Shown piece by piece: positions 25,005-39,189 of a stretch of 64,000 nucleotides of DNA (positions are counted from its first letter, which is position 1; every line of letters starts with the position of its first letter). The stretch is taken from positions 31,558,001-31,622,000 of the forward strand of contig CM060731.1 in NCBI GenBank assembly GCA_030704615.1. The letters are read 5' to 3'. The notes under the pieces were generated by a model. The model was not told where the DNA came from, made no database searches, and was given only the letters and a program-made list of their open reading frames with translations. Source of the DNA: Takakia lepidozioides. Its lineage: Eukaryota; Plantae; Bryophyta. Position numbers and translations under genes: made by a program.

Positions 25005-28000
25005 CCATCCTGGGTGTCGAGATGCTTCGGCATAGGTGGTGGGTTCTAGGACAGCTTCAGACAAACCCACCACGAAATCATGGAATCGTCTTGGAGGGTG
25101 AATGGCTCAGCCAGTGCGCGTACATACACCTTCCTGTATTGGTGGAACTACCTCTAGTTGCCCGTGCATACTGGAGGTCGAGGCAGAACTACCCTCTAAG
25201 TCTGCACTTAACTGACTTGTAGATGATGACATAGAAGGCATGGATTCATGAAGAGTATTTGAGTTTGGGTCATGCAATCCTTTGAACAAGTTGTCATCGG
25301 TACCTTCAGGTGGTTCTATGGATTGGTGAAGGCTCCAAAAAATCAGGAGACTCTTGTTGTGGGAGCTCCCGCCGTGGTCCGTCCGGCTGGCCATGAGAAA
25401 TGAATGTTGTGATCTTCAAGTGGTTGTCTATCAGCAGCAGCTAGGACATAGTGCATGTGATCCTCATCAAAAACAACATCCTTAGAGATGATTATCTTGC
25501 TCATCCCTGGACAAAAGCATCTATAGCCCTTGGTGCTAGTGTCATAACCCAAAAGTACACACCTCATTTTTGGTGACCATTTGGTCCGGTGAGAGTTGAT
25601 GTGGACAAAGCATACACAGCCAAACACTCGCAAGTGTTTGACATCAGGCGGGGCTCCAAATAATTTTTGGTGTGGTATGATGCCATTGTTCGCCTTGGTA
25701 GGAGACATATTGACAAAGTAATTTGCCGTGCTGACAGTCTCTGCCCAAAGATGTGCTGGAAGATGGGCCCCGAAGGCCAAGCTCCTGGCTCGCTCTATCA
25801 GAGTTCGGTTCTTCCTCTCCGCGATCCCATTTTGATGCGGGGTGTTAGATTGGGTGAACTGTCGTGTTATGCCATGATCTGCACAAAAATTTGAGAATGC
25901 AATCGAGCAGTACTCCCCACCTTTGTCTGATCGCAACACTTTGATAGTACGTCCCAACTGTTTCTCAACTCTGGACTTAAATTGCTTGAACAAGATGAAG
26001 GTGTCACTTTTCTTCCGAATGAAGAAGACCCAACAGTACCGACTATAGTCGTCTGTAAATGTAAGAACATACAAAGCTCCAGAGAGAGAGGGTGTGGACA
26101 ATGGTCCACAGAGATCAGTGTGGATCATATCAAGAGGCGATGAACTTCTGTGAAGACTCTTCTTTGGAGCTTTCTCCCGACTTTGCTTTCCAAGCGCACA
26201 TGCATGACAAACATCATGGCTCATGGATAGATTTTGAGAAAGATTGACGGCAAGACCTTTCTGTGATAAGAAATTCGGACTCCTATAATTCAAGTGGCCC
26301 AACCGGTGATGCCAAATCCGTGTGAGGTCCGTGCTACTTTCCACTGTGCCTGTGAATGATTCATTCAACACTGATAGTTTGTAAAGGCCATTTGATAGAT
26401 CACGAATTCCTTTACCGAGTACCTCAAGGCTAGCACTCAGCAAGAAAACATTCTTGTCGTCAAAGAGAAGTCTAAATCCTTTGTCAGTCAAGGTACCAAC
26501 AGATAGCAAATTCTTGCATACACCCGGGACATACAAAACTTCTTCCTTTATTGCATCATTCTTGACAGGAATCACAATATTGCCTTTCCCGGCTACTTGG
26601 TGGTACAGGCCTCCAGCAGTTTTGACCTTGGATTTTCCTTCTCCCTTTTTGATATTGGATAGAAGACTGTCATTGCCCGAGACATGCTTAGTTGGCCCGC
26701 TATCCACATATCAATCAGATGCATCGCGGTACTGAGCTACGTTGAGCTCGAGGATATCTGCAGCCAGATTGTTAGTGGGAGCATCATTGCACTCCTAAAA
26801 ATTATCGATCTCCTCATCGCTACTGTCTTCAATGATGTTGACAGAATTTTTGAGACGTTCTGCAGCACAACGCTTGATCTCATTTGACAATTCAGCGCAA
26901 TTGCGCATCCAATGATCAGGTTTACCGCAGAAGTTGCAGCTCCCCTCACGCTTGACAGTGGCCCCCTTCCGATATTTATTGTCGGTGGGCTGGCTTTTAT
27001 ATTTAGACTTGATCAGCAAAGCCTCAGGGTCAGTTTTTTTTCCACGAGCCTCCCGAATTTCTCGCTTGGCTTCGTCCAATAGAAGAATACCAATCAATTC
27101 ATTGAGCGTTGGAAGTTCAGGTCGGTAGATCAAGGTGCATGCCAGTGATTCCAAGCTCTCAGGTAGAGAATTCAGAATCTGCTCCACCGGGTCCTCTTCA
27201 CGGACAGGTTCTCCGATGTTGGCTAGCTGGTTGATAATCTCTTTGAGCTGCTTGATGAACTCTGTCACCGATCCGTCATTCTCCAATCGAATGTTGGTGA
27301 GGCGGCTCTTGAGCAATAGACGACGTGCTCCGCTTTTCTGCTCATACAGGTCCTTCAAAGTCTGCCACATGAGCGCTGGATCTGTGATCCCTGCGATGTG
27401 TGGAATAATTTCATCTCGCACAGAGAGACTGATTATCGCCAATGCTTTCTTCCGCCTATGTTCGTAGTCAGCGGCAGACTCTCCTTCCCTCTCTTGGAAT
27501 TCTCCCTCGGCATTGGGCTCTACGATGTCTATCAGTTCATCCCTTTGTAACAAGCTGGAAACACGGAACTTCCAGGTATTGTATTTGGAAAGTCCACCTA
27601 GCTTTGAGACCTCTGATACACTGCTTTCCTCGTGGGCCATGCTGACACTCTCACAAATACTATGGAGTTACACTGTTGTTACTGTCACCTAACAAAAGTG
27701 CTATCCGAAGTCCTAATGTTCAACAAAGGGTCCCACTACTAACCTGCTCTGATACCATAAAGTGGATCAGGTAAGGAAAGCTTACTGTAAAAAGGTCTGA
27801 CTTCCAACTTTCTAAGAGCCCACTATATACTGAAGCTCTAAACAGCTCTGCAGGGAAGTCCAAGTTCTCCCTTGGATGGTCAAGCCTGCAGAGAGTGGGG
27901 CAGCAATTACCTGTGGTGGTCATCATAGATCGCTAAGCTTAACTGGGCTCACCACTACGCAGGATGGCTTCTCTGTGTAACTGCGAACTTACGTGCTAAA

Positions 28001-28082
28001 TATTAAACCTAGTAGTAGCATCTAAGAGTAGCATCTAAGAGTTAATCCTACTTGACCATGCTGTGGATCTCCATCTCCAACA
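25005..28082 (-). mobile_element. Ty1/Copia element, 5' half: LTR 27758-28082, tRNA-iMet PBS 27746-27757, gag 26795-27640, PR/GAG-pre-integrase/integrase 25343-26720
   Basis: PBS TGGTATCAGAGC, knuckle CNFCGKPDHWMRNC, WYVDSGPTKH, IWHHRLGH, IHTDLCGP...DDYSR...LRSDKGGEY...QNGIAERKNR, ending EPTTYAEASRHPGW. TSD GCACT (rc at 28083-28087). Confidence 0.95.
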
Positions 28083-28087
28083 AGTGC

Positions 28088-28750
28088 TACCTCTACTAAG
28101 GTTATCTGATGTTTCCGAATTGTAGCGAGGGGGTGTGGCCCAGAAGTGGTTATCCGGTAGCTCGGTTCCGGTGGAGCACAAGAGTGCATCTGGCAGGCCT
28201 TTTTTGGAGGCCACCTACGAAGCGGGCAAGATACTGGTGGAGGCTTTCCGTTCGTCGCAGAAGTACTCTCGCAACACTGAGAAATCGGCCCCGTCGGATG
28301 ACCTTGTTATAGTCCCTATACTAGACGCAAACAATACCTCCTTCTATTTGGCACCTTTGGATCTAGCCATCCCGTCTCCTCCAACGGTGAGCTCTGGGTT
28401 TCTTCTTATGCCCTTGTTTATTTATTTCAAAGGCTGCTCCTCTTCCTATGGTTGGGTTCTATCTGCTGAGTCTGCCCCAAAGTTGATCCTCCCTTAGTCC
28501 TCCCTGCGCTCAAATTTGTACGGCATCTAGGGCATTGGGGTTCATCTCTCAATGTCTCTCTGCAATCGCTCTCCAACAGCTCCTCTATTAAGTTTATAGC
28601 CAACCACTCCTCCTCTGATCCAAGGGCAGAGGCGAACAAAGTTACAATCTGGTTTGTGGGTTCTCCGGAACCCCCCCCCCCGGGGTTTTGCTTGGATGCC
28701 TTCGCAGCTTTCCCCACACCCAGGCTTAAAGTTCAAGGTTACTCATCTGT
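28088..28750 (+). mobile_element. LINE ORF1-region fragment, piece 3 (continues 45199-45555 across the Copia insertion)
   Basis: Reading KLFFVQVL from the minus strand at 45.2 kb continues as QVLPLLRLSDV through the shared TSD. Identity as LINE is inferred from the reconstructed order. Confidence 0.5.
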
Positions 28751-28755
28751 AGCCA

Positions 28756-29737
28756 TCAAATCGTGACAGGCTCACGGGCTTCAAAGTGTTTCCTACATGA
28801 GTTGGGCTCTGCATTCTTGGAACATAAGGGGTATCGGATCTGAGGGGTCTGTGCCCAAGAGAGGATTAGACTGTGGGCCTCATCTTTTCTTCCTTCTAAT
28901 TCCATTATCTTCTTATATGAACATAAACTAGATGTCAGGAAGATTGCATCGCTCGGGACTTCAATCTGGCCGGCTGCCTCCTCATGGTGGAATCCAACGG
29001 TAATCGATTCCAGAGGCGTGGCCATATTAATTGCCCCTTCCTTAGATTTGGATTCTAACAAGGTGGAGACTTGGATTTTGGGAAGAGTGCAATGTGCTTT
29101 CGCTTCTGCTAAGTCTATTTTTCCATCAGCAGCCTTTATCAATATTTACTTGCAATTGGTAGAGCTGCTGCTTATGTACCTCATGTAATTTCTCCTGCTC
29201 AAGACGTGCCCTGATTAAATTCTCTTTTTCAAGCTGCAAGGCAGCTTTAGACTCTTCCAAGGCCTGCTGTAACTTGAGGTTTGCCTCAACATCCACTTTG
29301 GTTTCACACTAAGCGACAATTCTGGCCGCAAACTCTTGTTTGAGCTCCTCTCGTAATGTTGCCAACTGTGTGGAAGGAACATGAGTCTTGAAGTAGTTGA
29401 CTAACAGGTTAAGAGTCCTGCCTATGGAACTCATAACCATGGCCTGTTGTGGATCTTCCTGGAAAACCTACTGTTGTTCTTCCTGATTATCAATAGTTTG
29501 ATGTTTCACAAACCAATCAGGCCAAGTTCCCACTGGATCTTGTACTTGAGCAACCTCATCCACCAAAGGTGCTGATGTACCCTTGCCCTGTACCACTTCA
29601 ACCTCTATCACAGGTTTGGGCACCATCTGCACAACAAGGATAGCCTTGGGCACAGTTGGTATTTTTGGTAATGTTGCCTCGGATCGTACCCAGTTTTGGT
29701 CGGATAGACTAATTTGGTGGGGCCTTTGACCCTTCAA
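28756..29737 (-). mobile_element. Diverged fragment of a Gypsy-A-like accessory 3' ORF
   Basis: DPVGTWPDWFVKHQTIDNQEEQQ...DPQQAMVMSSIGRTLN aligns by eye with GQWPEWLVRHHTVEDQEEQQ...DPQQAMLMSSIGRTLN at 40709-40960. Confidence 0.8.
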
Positions 29738-29739
29738 AC

Positions 29740-31029
29740 CTACAATATGGCAAGACGCAACTTGTCCGAGCTTTGTTCAATCAAAGAAGACAATCTTCGT
29801 GGTTCATCACGATGGTACCCTGGTTACGCCAATCTGGTCTCATGATTTGGAAACCGACATGTATGCGATCAGGGTCTTTTGCGAAGACGCTGTGAAATGC
29901 GACCCAATCCCACCTATTAATATTCAATATTATTTTGGAACCTTCAACTGGTTCTTATCTGCTCCCTTACAATTGTTGCAATTTGACCCAGTGAATAGAA
30001 CTGGATGACTAAAAAGCATGATTCATTCCGGGGCTACAAAGTCAAGCTAGGCTACTCCATGTTAAGGCCGCATGTCTCCTTTGTGGCTAAATGGAACGCG
30101 AAGTGGGGATTTCTTCCCAGTCTGCCACATAACTGGCAATCAATTTGGAAGGATATTGGAGGAAAGATCGAGCGGCAAAACGTGTTGGGTTCCTATGGAA
30201 GATAGTTAACCGTATTCTGCCCGTTCTTCAATTCATTCCAGATACTACTGATCACTATTGTGTATGCAATCTAGGACAGTCTGAATCGCTGGAACATTGT
30301 CTGATAGAGTGCCCCTTCGCTTCCTTTGTCTGGAATCGTATACAGATGTTTTACCAGGCTTGGAACCCAACGATTTCCCATCAGACCTTGGTTCTCTTAC
30401 TCAACATCCGCGAAGGAGCTATCTGGAGTCAATGCCCAGTATGGGCTTGCCTTAGAGCGTACTCACTCTGGACTATATGGAAAAATAGGTGTTCCCTTCT
30501 TTTGGGGGGGGTTGCAGCCTTCTGTGAAGAAATTGCTTTACAGGGTTCACTTAGACTTATTGTCTGAGGCACGCAAGGCTTGGAATGTTTTGTGTGCAGC
30601 TGCTTCTCGATGTGCGCAAGGAAGGAGACAACAGCTATTCTCTAGCTTTGATAACACCTGGGGACAAGGGAACTTCATCTGTTCAAGAACATCAGACTCA
30701 TCGATTGTCTGGCACGACTGCATCCCGACATGTTGGAAGTTCGACTAGCGCCCAACAATTACTGGAGCAGGAAGAGTCTGACGTGAACTGGAGGCACAAA
30801 AGAACCTCTAGAAAGGGCAAATATAAAGCCCACCTCTCATTTGAATCCTCTAGATGCAGAATCAATGACCTTTTGTAGTCTCGTCCCGCTGCTATGGAAC
30901 AAACTTATCCTTAGCTTCTTGCAGCCTCATATAGTTTGGATACGGGGCAGTGACTCTTTTTTCATCCTTATGGTTGTTTACCTTAGGTTATTTTTTCCTC
31001 AGTCTTTCTTAATAAATTTCTCCAGGGCC
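29740..31029 (+). mobile_element. L1 LINE ORF2 C-terminus (zf-RVT) and 3' UTR, piece 4
   Basis: GFLWKIVNRILP...CVCNLGQSESLEHCLIECPFASFVW...LWTIWKNRC, with frameshifts. The 3' UTR resumes at 60890. Confidence 0.85.
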
Positions 31030-31044
31030 TGTGATGCATGATTC

Positions 31045-31398
31045 CAGCACGCCATGGAAGAGGAAATGGCCTTAATTCACAAGAACGAGACATGGACTCT
31101 TGAAGATCTGCCCCCCAGTAGACAACCCATTACCACCAAATGGATCTATAAAGTCAAAACACACGCTGATGGAACCATTGCCAAATTGAAGGCGCGTTTG
31201 GTGGCTCGTGGTTTCCAACAACTAGCAGGGGAGGATTTTGATGAGACCTACGCGCCGGTGCAAATACAACACCTTGCGAGTTGTTATAGCACTAGCAGGT
31301 CAGAATGGTTGGCCTATATTTCACTTAGATGTCAAAACTGCCTTCTTAAACGGTGAATTGACAGAGGAAGTGTTTATCCAGCAACCTGAAGGCTTCGA
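31045..31398 (+). mobile_element. Copia 3' half, RT N-terminus
   Basis: QHAMEEEMALIHKNETW...KWIYKVK...KARLVARGFQQ, HLDVKTAFLNGEL...QQPEGF. The RT core is deleted at the junction with Gypsy-A. Confidence 0.93.
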
Positions 31399-31993
31399 GT
31401 TAGTTCACAGACACGGTTAGTGAGAGAAACGGTTAGAACCGCGGAGAGGAAGATAAAGGGGGGAAAAACGGGGAATTGAAGGACATCATTCGGAGGAGGA
31501 CTTCTTGGTGATAGAGGAGAGGGGATCGGGCAGAGATGAGGAACGGAAGTGAAGATAGAGAGATGATGAGTAGATGCTTGATATATGCAAGGCTGTAATG
31601 ATATTGTAGAGGAGATTAGAGACACAATGGCTTCGGCCTGATACCTGATAAATCATAATCGATACTTTTACGATACCACACTGTGTAGAGAGATCTGAGT
31701 GAAGCTGTGGAATGAATGGATGAGTTGATGGAATCCAATAGATTGATAAGCAAACTGATACTTAATTATCAATGGTAAGATAGTAACATGAATACCAAAA
31801 GGAAACAAATAGGAAACACCCCCATGATACACTAGCTGTAGGTCATGACTGATTGTTCTGCGCGGGCTGAGTACTTAGAGATTTCCAACTCTTCTATCTT
31901 GGAGTTTCCGCCTCGAATAGCGAAGGGATGGGTGAGTAAAAGCGCGCGACATTTGGCGACCATACTGGGGACCTGGGACATGAACAACCAGAT

Positions 31994-32539
31994 GTGACAG
32001 GCATCTGGTGGGATCATGGTGGTTGGACCATTAAAGAATTTGAAGTGAATCAAATTCCCTGTGGAACGAAGGAAGAAAGATTGTCCAAACAATTCTTTCA
32101 AAGGTTCTTGGAATTGCCAGACGGTTGTAAAGAAAATATTCTTAAACGAGTGCATGATGCTGATCCAGAATGGGGTCTGGAGAAAGGAGTGATAAAGATT
32201 TATCAGGTAGCCTGTAGAGGAAGAGCACGTTGGTTACCAACATTGGTTTATGTGATAGCATTGCTATCCATTAAACGAGTAGAGTTTGAAGGCTGGGAAG
32301 AAAGAAAGGTGAATGTTTATACTCATATGCATGAAGAGCTTGTACTGGTAAAGAATTGGATTCCAAAGGATATTTTGTGGATCAAACTCACACCAAGAAC
32401 AGCTTTTCAGACTTGTTTGCCATATGGTTATATGGTAACGGAGACTTCAAGTATAGCCAAGGGTGCATTGAAGCTTGAAAGAAACCCAGGCATATACGAG
32501 AGATATTACAGAAGAGAGTTTTGGTTATTGCCACATTAA
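31994..32539 (+). CDS. Uncharacterised ORF upstream of gag in Gypsy-A
   Basis: Open 181-codon frame between the PBS and gag. No recognised domain and no ATG at the called start. Confidence 0.5.
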   Translation: MTGIWWDHGGWTIKEFEVNQIPCGTKEERLSKQFFQRFLELPDGCKENILKRVHDADPEWGLEKGVIKIYQVACRGRARWLPTLVYVIALLSIKRVEFEGWEERKVNVYTHMHEELVLVKNWIPKDILWIKLTPRTAFQTCLPYGYMVTETSSIAKGALKLERNPGIYERYYRREFWLLPH

Positions 32540-35500
32540 AAGAAATGAAAGACATGGGACATGAGTGATGAAAGAGAAGCTAGACGACAGAGATATTCAG
32601 CAAAAAGAGAAAGCTATCTGAAAGCTAATTATCCATATCTTTGGGAGAGAGGAATAGACATAGGGGAATCATCTGGACCTCTCACACCATCAAGATCAAA
32701 GAGTGCATCACCTATACCGGAAGAACTAGAGTTGGATGCCACTCCTTCTGTTTCTTTGCAAGAAAGATTAAGGGAATTGGTACAGGAAGAAGATCAATCA
32801 CGAGGTGAAAGATCTGAGGTACATCCTTGGATAAAAGACTTGACAGAAATCTTTGATAAGAGTTGGCATGGAACACCAAAAGCAGGAACTCCAGTTTCTG
32901 AAGCAGAAGGTGAAGAAGGAGAAGAGGATGTGGCAGAGCCAACGGAGAGTTCAGACTCTCCAACACCATTACAGTTGAGTTACATGAGTGAAGAAGAAAC
33001 CCAAGGGCAGAACTTGGAGGATGAAAACAGAGAGAAGAAATTAGAAGAGGAAGAATATGAAGAAGTAGACCCAACAGCTGAGGTTGAGACTACAACCAGG
33101 ACATCCCAACCCGTTGGACCTGGATCAAGTGGAGCACTTGGATCACAGGCCAACGAAGGTGTCGGCTCAGGGGGATCAGGCGGGCTGCCTGGATCTGGCT
33201 CTGGGGGGACAGGGAGTGTGGGAAGTAGTGCAACTGAAGCTGGGAATACTGTGAATATCGTGGGGCCAGAAGCAAGGAGTGCTCAAGGGCCACCACTTGG
33301 TGGAAGATCCACCACAAAAACAACAGGTCCAGAAGGACCAGCACCAGCAAGGGTGCCAGCACCTGTCAGTGGGCAGAAGGTAGGGCCACAGATGGCGTTA
33401 CAACCAACACGGGCAAAACCACCCTTTCCAATATATTCAGGAAAAGGGGATCCCGATGTACACATTAGCCAATTTGAGCACATGTGTATAGTGAACAATG
33501 AGAATGGCGATGATGCCAAGATGAGACTGTTTCCTTGTTCACTTATCAAGAAAGCAAGTGAATGGTATGCAAGATTCCCTGATAATCATTTCCTAACCTG
33601 GAATGGCTTGAATACAGCATTTCGAAATAGGTTCAGGACAAGTAAAACTGAGGATGAAGTGTATGGAAGTTTACAACAGCTGAAGCAGAAGAAGCATGAA
33701 ACTGTTGAAGAGTATATGGAGAAGATGGAATTGATGATGAAAAAGCTGGCTGCAGTACCAGCGCCCGGTTTACAGAAGACTTGGTTTGTGAGTGGACTAA
33801 GACCAGAGTTGCAAAAGAAAGTGGATATGTTACCCCATAATACAGTGGAGGAGGCATTTGAAACTGCGAACAGAATTGAGCAATTGGGAATGCTCAGGAG
33901 AGAGAAAAAGAAGATGAGGACTCTGAGGATGAGTCAGATGAAGAAGAAGAGCAAGAACTAAAAAGAAAGAGTAAGAGAAAGGAGAAGTTGAAGAGGGATA
34001 ACTATGAAAAAAAATTGGAAGAAATCTTGAAGAAGTATGCCACAGAGGCTGCAACACATTGGAGGAAGGGTGTATGGTGTGCAAAGTGCCAGAATGAAGG
34101 CCATACCACCACAGAATGCCACATGAAGGAGAAACACTGTACTATCTGTAAAATGGATAACCATTCTACTGAGAATTGTTACTACAACAGAAGGACAGCT
34201 GCAAGAGAACCTAGGCAAGTAAGGGTGCATCAGGTGCAGCCCCAGCCAAGAAGAAACAATGATCAGGACCACTATGGTAGGTCTGGTGGTTAAACAATGG
34301 CATGGAAGGGAGAGGTAATTCAAGAGGGAATTACCAAGGAAATTCCAGAGGCAACTATCAGGGTAATCCAAGGGGAATTACCAGCCCGGGAATCAGGATT
34401 ATAGAAATAATCCAAGAACAGACCAAGGGCGAGGACCCAATGGTGAAGAGCTATGTTACTATTGTAATCAGCCAGGACATCGCAAGGCAGCCTGTTCATT
34501 CTGGATAAGACACCAGAATGAGATGAGAGCTCCTGTGAATGAGGGCCCAGTGGTGGCAGCTCACATGGTTAGGCCATGTGTTGTACCAGAAGTAAGTACA
34601 ATGATAGTAACAAGAAGTAAAGCCAAACTAATACCTCCAGTAGAAGAGGAAGAAGATGAGACTGGAAGTGGCAATGATATGCCTGAAGATGAAGAGACTT
34701 GGAAAGATGAGAAGGAACTGCACAAGGAAGTGGCAGATACTATAAGGGAAATGCAAAAGAGTACTGATATTCCTGTGGCAGATTCCTCTGATTCGGATGG
34801 AGAAAAAAGAAGGGAGTGAGGAAGAAAGGAAAAAAAATGCAGACATGCAAAGTAATGAAGAGACTTTGGCTGAAGTAATATGTCAGACCAAAGCAGAAAT
34901 TACCATTGGACAGCTATTAGCTGTGGCACCTTATTGTAGGCACAGGCTGTATCAAGCAATCAATCGAATTGCCCAAGAGACAGGAAACACAGACCTGAAC
35001 AGCAAGGTGACCAGTTATAATGTGAAGCCGGAAGGGCGAGAACCAGTCATGGACTTTGATGATTCTATGCCAGTAATCCAATTGAGAATTGGAAGCACAG
35101 AACTAACTGATGTACTGATAGATGGTGGTTCTGGAGTAAATATCATGACAAGACAATTAAGGAAGAAGCTTGGTCTAAGTAACATGAAACCAGCCCCATT
35201 TACAGTAACAATGGCAGATCAAAGAAGTGTACAGCCATTGGGATTAATAAGAGGAGTTAAGATACAGATACAGAAAATGATCTTTATGATCACAGTAACT
35301 GTATTAAAAATGGATGAAGTCATGGAGGCTTACTCCTTATTATTGGGACGTCCGTGGCTGAAACAGGCCAGGGTATTCCATGACTGGAATTCTCAGTTAC
35401 TAACCGTGCATAATGGGATACACGAGATACAAATTACCACAAAGAAATCTAGTAGATTACCTGCTACAAGAAGACCTCGAGGAGTCAGAGAGTATGACTG

Positions 35501-38500
35501 GAGAGGAGGACTGGATGAGGAGCAGGAAGCTACCCTATTGCTGCACACCCAGTGGGAGCAGGTTGCAGAGATGCGGCTGGAAAGCCTAAGTTGTTTGAGA
35601 GGTATCTGCTGTGGTGTAGTGACAGCAACACCAACTGAAGAAGAAACCAGCATTTACCCATCACATTTCTATGAAGAAAGAGAAGGAGAAATAGAAATCC
35701 TAGAAGAACCAGCCACTGTGAGCTTACAGGATGAAGTGGTGACTGGTTGGACAATCACAGCTGATGAGCAGGTGAGAGAAGTAAATGTGGGAACTAAAGA
35801 GGAACCGAGGATGGTGAAAGTAGGAGCTGATTTGGAGCCGGAATTCTTCGAAGAAGCTAAAAGCTTGTTCATCAAACAGAGATGTATTTGCTTGGAGCTA
35901 TGAGGATCTAAAAGGGATACCACCTGAAGTCTGTCAGCATAAGATTGAACTGGAACCAGGGTCAGTACCAATCAAGCAGGCGAGGTATAGAATGAATCCC
36001 AACTACGCACAGAAGGTTGGAGAAGAGATAAAGAAGTTGGCTGAGGCTAAGTTTATATACCCAAGAGTATACAACTTGGTTGTCACCCATTGTTATAGTT
36101 CCCAAGAAGAATGGCAAACTAAGAGTATGTGTGAACTATAAGAAGCTGAATGCTTGTACGAAGAAAGATCCTTTCCCTTTGCCATTCACAGAAGCAGTAT
36201 TAGACACTGTGGCAGGCCATGAGATGTACTCATTCATGGATGGCTTCAGTGGTTATAATCAAGTGCAAGTGGCAGAAGAAGACCAAGGGAAAACAGCTTT
36301 CATCACAGACTGGGGGGCTTATGCATACAAAGTCATGCCCTTTGGACTTTGTAATGCACCAGCGACCTTTCAGAGAGTGATAAGTGAATCTTTTCATGAG
36401 TATCTGGATGATTTCATGCAGGTTTTTGGATGATTTCAGTGTGTACAGCTCTAAGAATGAGCACTTGCATAAATTGGAGTTATGCCAGATGCAGGATGAG
36501 AGGTCTGGGCTTGAATCCAGAGAAGTGTACTTTCTGTGTGAACTCAGGGGTGCTTCTGGGACACATTGTGTGTAAGAAGGGACTCTTGTGGATCCCAGAA
36601 GACAGAGTCCATTAAAGCCTCTCCACCACCAGTGAATGTTAAGAGTTTAAGGAGATTCCTTGGGCAAACCAGTTATTACAGAAGATTTGTCAAAAGGTAT
36701 GCACAAATAGCAGCACCATTGAGCAAGCTTCTGAAGAAAGATGCAGTGTTTGCCTGGACAGCTGAATGTCAACAGGCGTTTGAGGAACTTACACTGTCAG
36801 TAACAACTACACCTGTGCTGATTAACCCTCACTGGCATGTAGTATTTCATGTTCACTGCGATGCATCAGGAGAAGCGTTGGGAGCGGTGTTAGCCCAGAA
36901 TGTTACAGGAATATAGATTCACCTGTGTACTATGCTAGCCGGTTGATGAACAGTGCTGAGAGGAACTATAGCACAACGGAAAGAGAAGCATTGGCAATGA
37001 TCTATGCAGTGAAGAAATTCAGGCATTACCTATTGGGAAGAAGTTTATGTTTATGTGGATCACCAGGCTCTGATATATCTGGTAAACAAACCTTTGATAA
37101 GTGGAAGGATAGCGAGGTGGTTAATAATCTTGCATGAGTTTGAGTTCGAGGTTATTTACAAGCCTGGCCGTTTGCATCTTGTGGCAGATCATTTGTCACG
37201 ACTAACAACAGGAGAGGCCGCCACAGAGTGGACGATCAGTTACCTGATGCGAGTTTATTTGTAATGGAGGTGCAAGGAAGTGCAGATGAATGGTTAGATT
37301 GGCAGTGGCCAATCAGATACTACCTTGCTCATGGTCAGTGCCCACCTAGTTATGTAAGGAGCAGAGGAAGAGAATCGCTATCAAAGCTTTACCTTATACT
37401 ATGGTAGAAGCAGAATGTATAAGTTAGACCTGATGGAGTACTAAAACGATGCTTGTACCACCATGAAGTAAATAAAGTTTTGGCGGAAGTTCATAAAGGA
37501 GTGGCTGGAGGTCATTTTGGAGAAGAGACTACCAGTAGAAAGATACTACTCGCAGGATACTGGTGGCCTACTTTGTTCAAAGATGTACACGAGTATTGTC
37601 AGAAGTGTGATGAATGTCAGAGGCTAGGACCTTTGCAGAGATCTGGAAGGATGGCCTTGCATCCTACAATGCCTACGGAACCATTTCAGAAATGGGGACT
37701 AGACTTTGTTGGACCAATTAACCCACCATCCAAGAATACACGAAACAGTACATAATTACAGCCACTGATTATACTACAAAGTGGGTGGAAGCTAAGCTAA
37801 AGCTTTGAGGGACAACACAGCCAAGTCCACAGCAAGGTTCCTGTACGAGAACATACTTACACGATTTGGCTGTCCCTTAGAATTTATCAGTGATCAAGGA
37901 AGTCACTTCATGAATGAGACCATTGAGTTGTTGACTAAAGAGTTTATGATTGTGCATAGAAAGAGTACAACATATTACCCACAGGGTAATGGCAGGCAGA
38001 GAGGCTACCAACAAAATACTATGTACTATCTTGGCTAAGATAGTCAATGCAAACAGAACGGATTGGGATACAAAGCTGCTGACAGCTTTGTGGTCATACA
38101 GGACTTCATATAAAGTCACCACTAAGTATACACCATTCCAATTAGTTTATGGTATGGAAGCCTTACTTCCAGTGGAATTCCTGTTACCTACCATGAGAAC
38201 GGTGGGGAAAAAGAATGGAATTGCAAGACTCCATCAAGGTCAGGAAACATGAATTATACCATGTGGAAGAAGTACGTGCTGATGCAGCTGATAATATGAC
38301 CAGAATTCAGATGAAGCGAAAGGAACAGTTTGATGAAGGCAAGTTAAAGACTTTTAAGACGGGGGATTTGGTTCTATGGTTGCAGAAGAAAGGAAAGATT
38401 CAAGCTTCTAAGCTTAAATCACCGTGGAAAGGACCTTATGTCATACAAAAGATGTATGATAACAACACCGCCATGTTACAAACCATTAACAAAGAAATGC

Positions 38501-39189
38501 TGGGAAGAGTCAATGCAAATAAGTTGAAGGGGTACAGTGGTATCCATGACAAACCCCTGCAGCATGATTTGCATGTTGAACCGCAAGAGCAGTCACGGGC
38601 TGCACCAGTGTTACGAACGGAGTATGGAACACTTGTCGCTAGGCCCAGCATATATGACCAGGGTGGGCAAAACAAACGTGACACAGCCTATCACAGCCCA
38701 TCATTATCACAGGCGCAACACAGCCTATCACATCACAGCCTATCACAGCTTACCACATGCATCACAGCCTATCACAGCGTAACACAGTATGACACACAGC
38801 TCAACACAGCCTACTAAAGTTACACGATCCATAGAATCAGTGACAAGTGACACATAATAACTTCAGAAAATGGCTGAAGGAAGAGAAACGGAAATTACTT
38901 TAAAAATAGACACGTGGAGGTCAGGGCGCGACACACAGCAGAGAATGAAGTGCAAGGACAGGTGTCAAAAAGAAAGAGACAAGAACGGCCGTCAAAGGGA
39001 TGAAAGGCGGGCCCATTAATGAGTACGGAAAAAGGGAACGGAACGAACGGCAAGTACAGAAAAAAAATTCTTCTTGTCACATGTGTGATCCTAGTGGACT
39101 ATCCAACAGGGAAAGTCCACTAAAGAAGATAAAATTTAAAATCCAGTCACAGCGGATACAGCCAATAGAAAACCAGAGAAAGGATCAAG

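Noticed and set aside
27746-27757. tRNA gene
   Set aside because: Only a 12-nt primer-binding site complementary to tRNA-iMet; no tRNA or rRNA gene was seen in the window.
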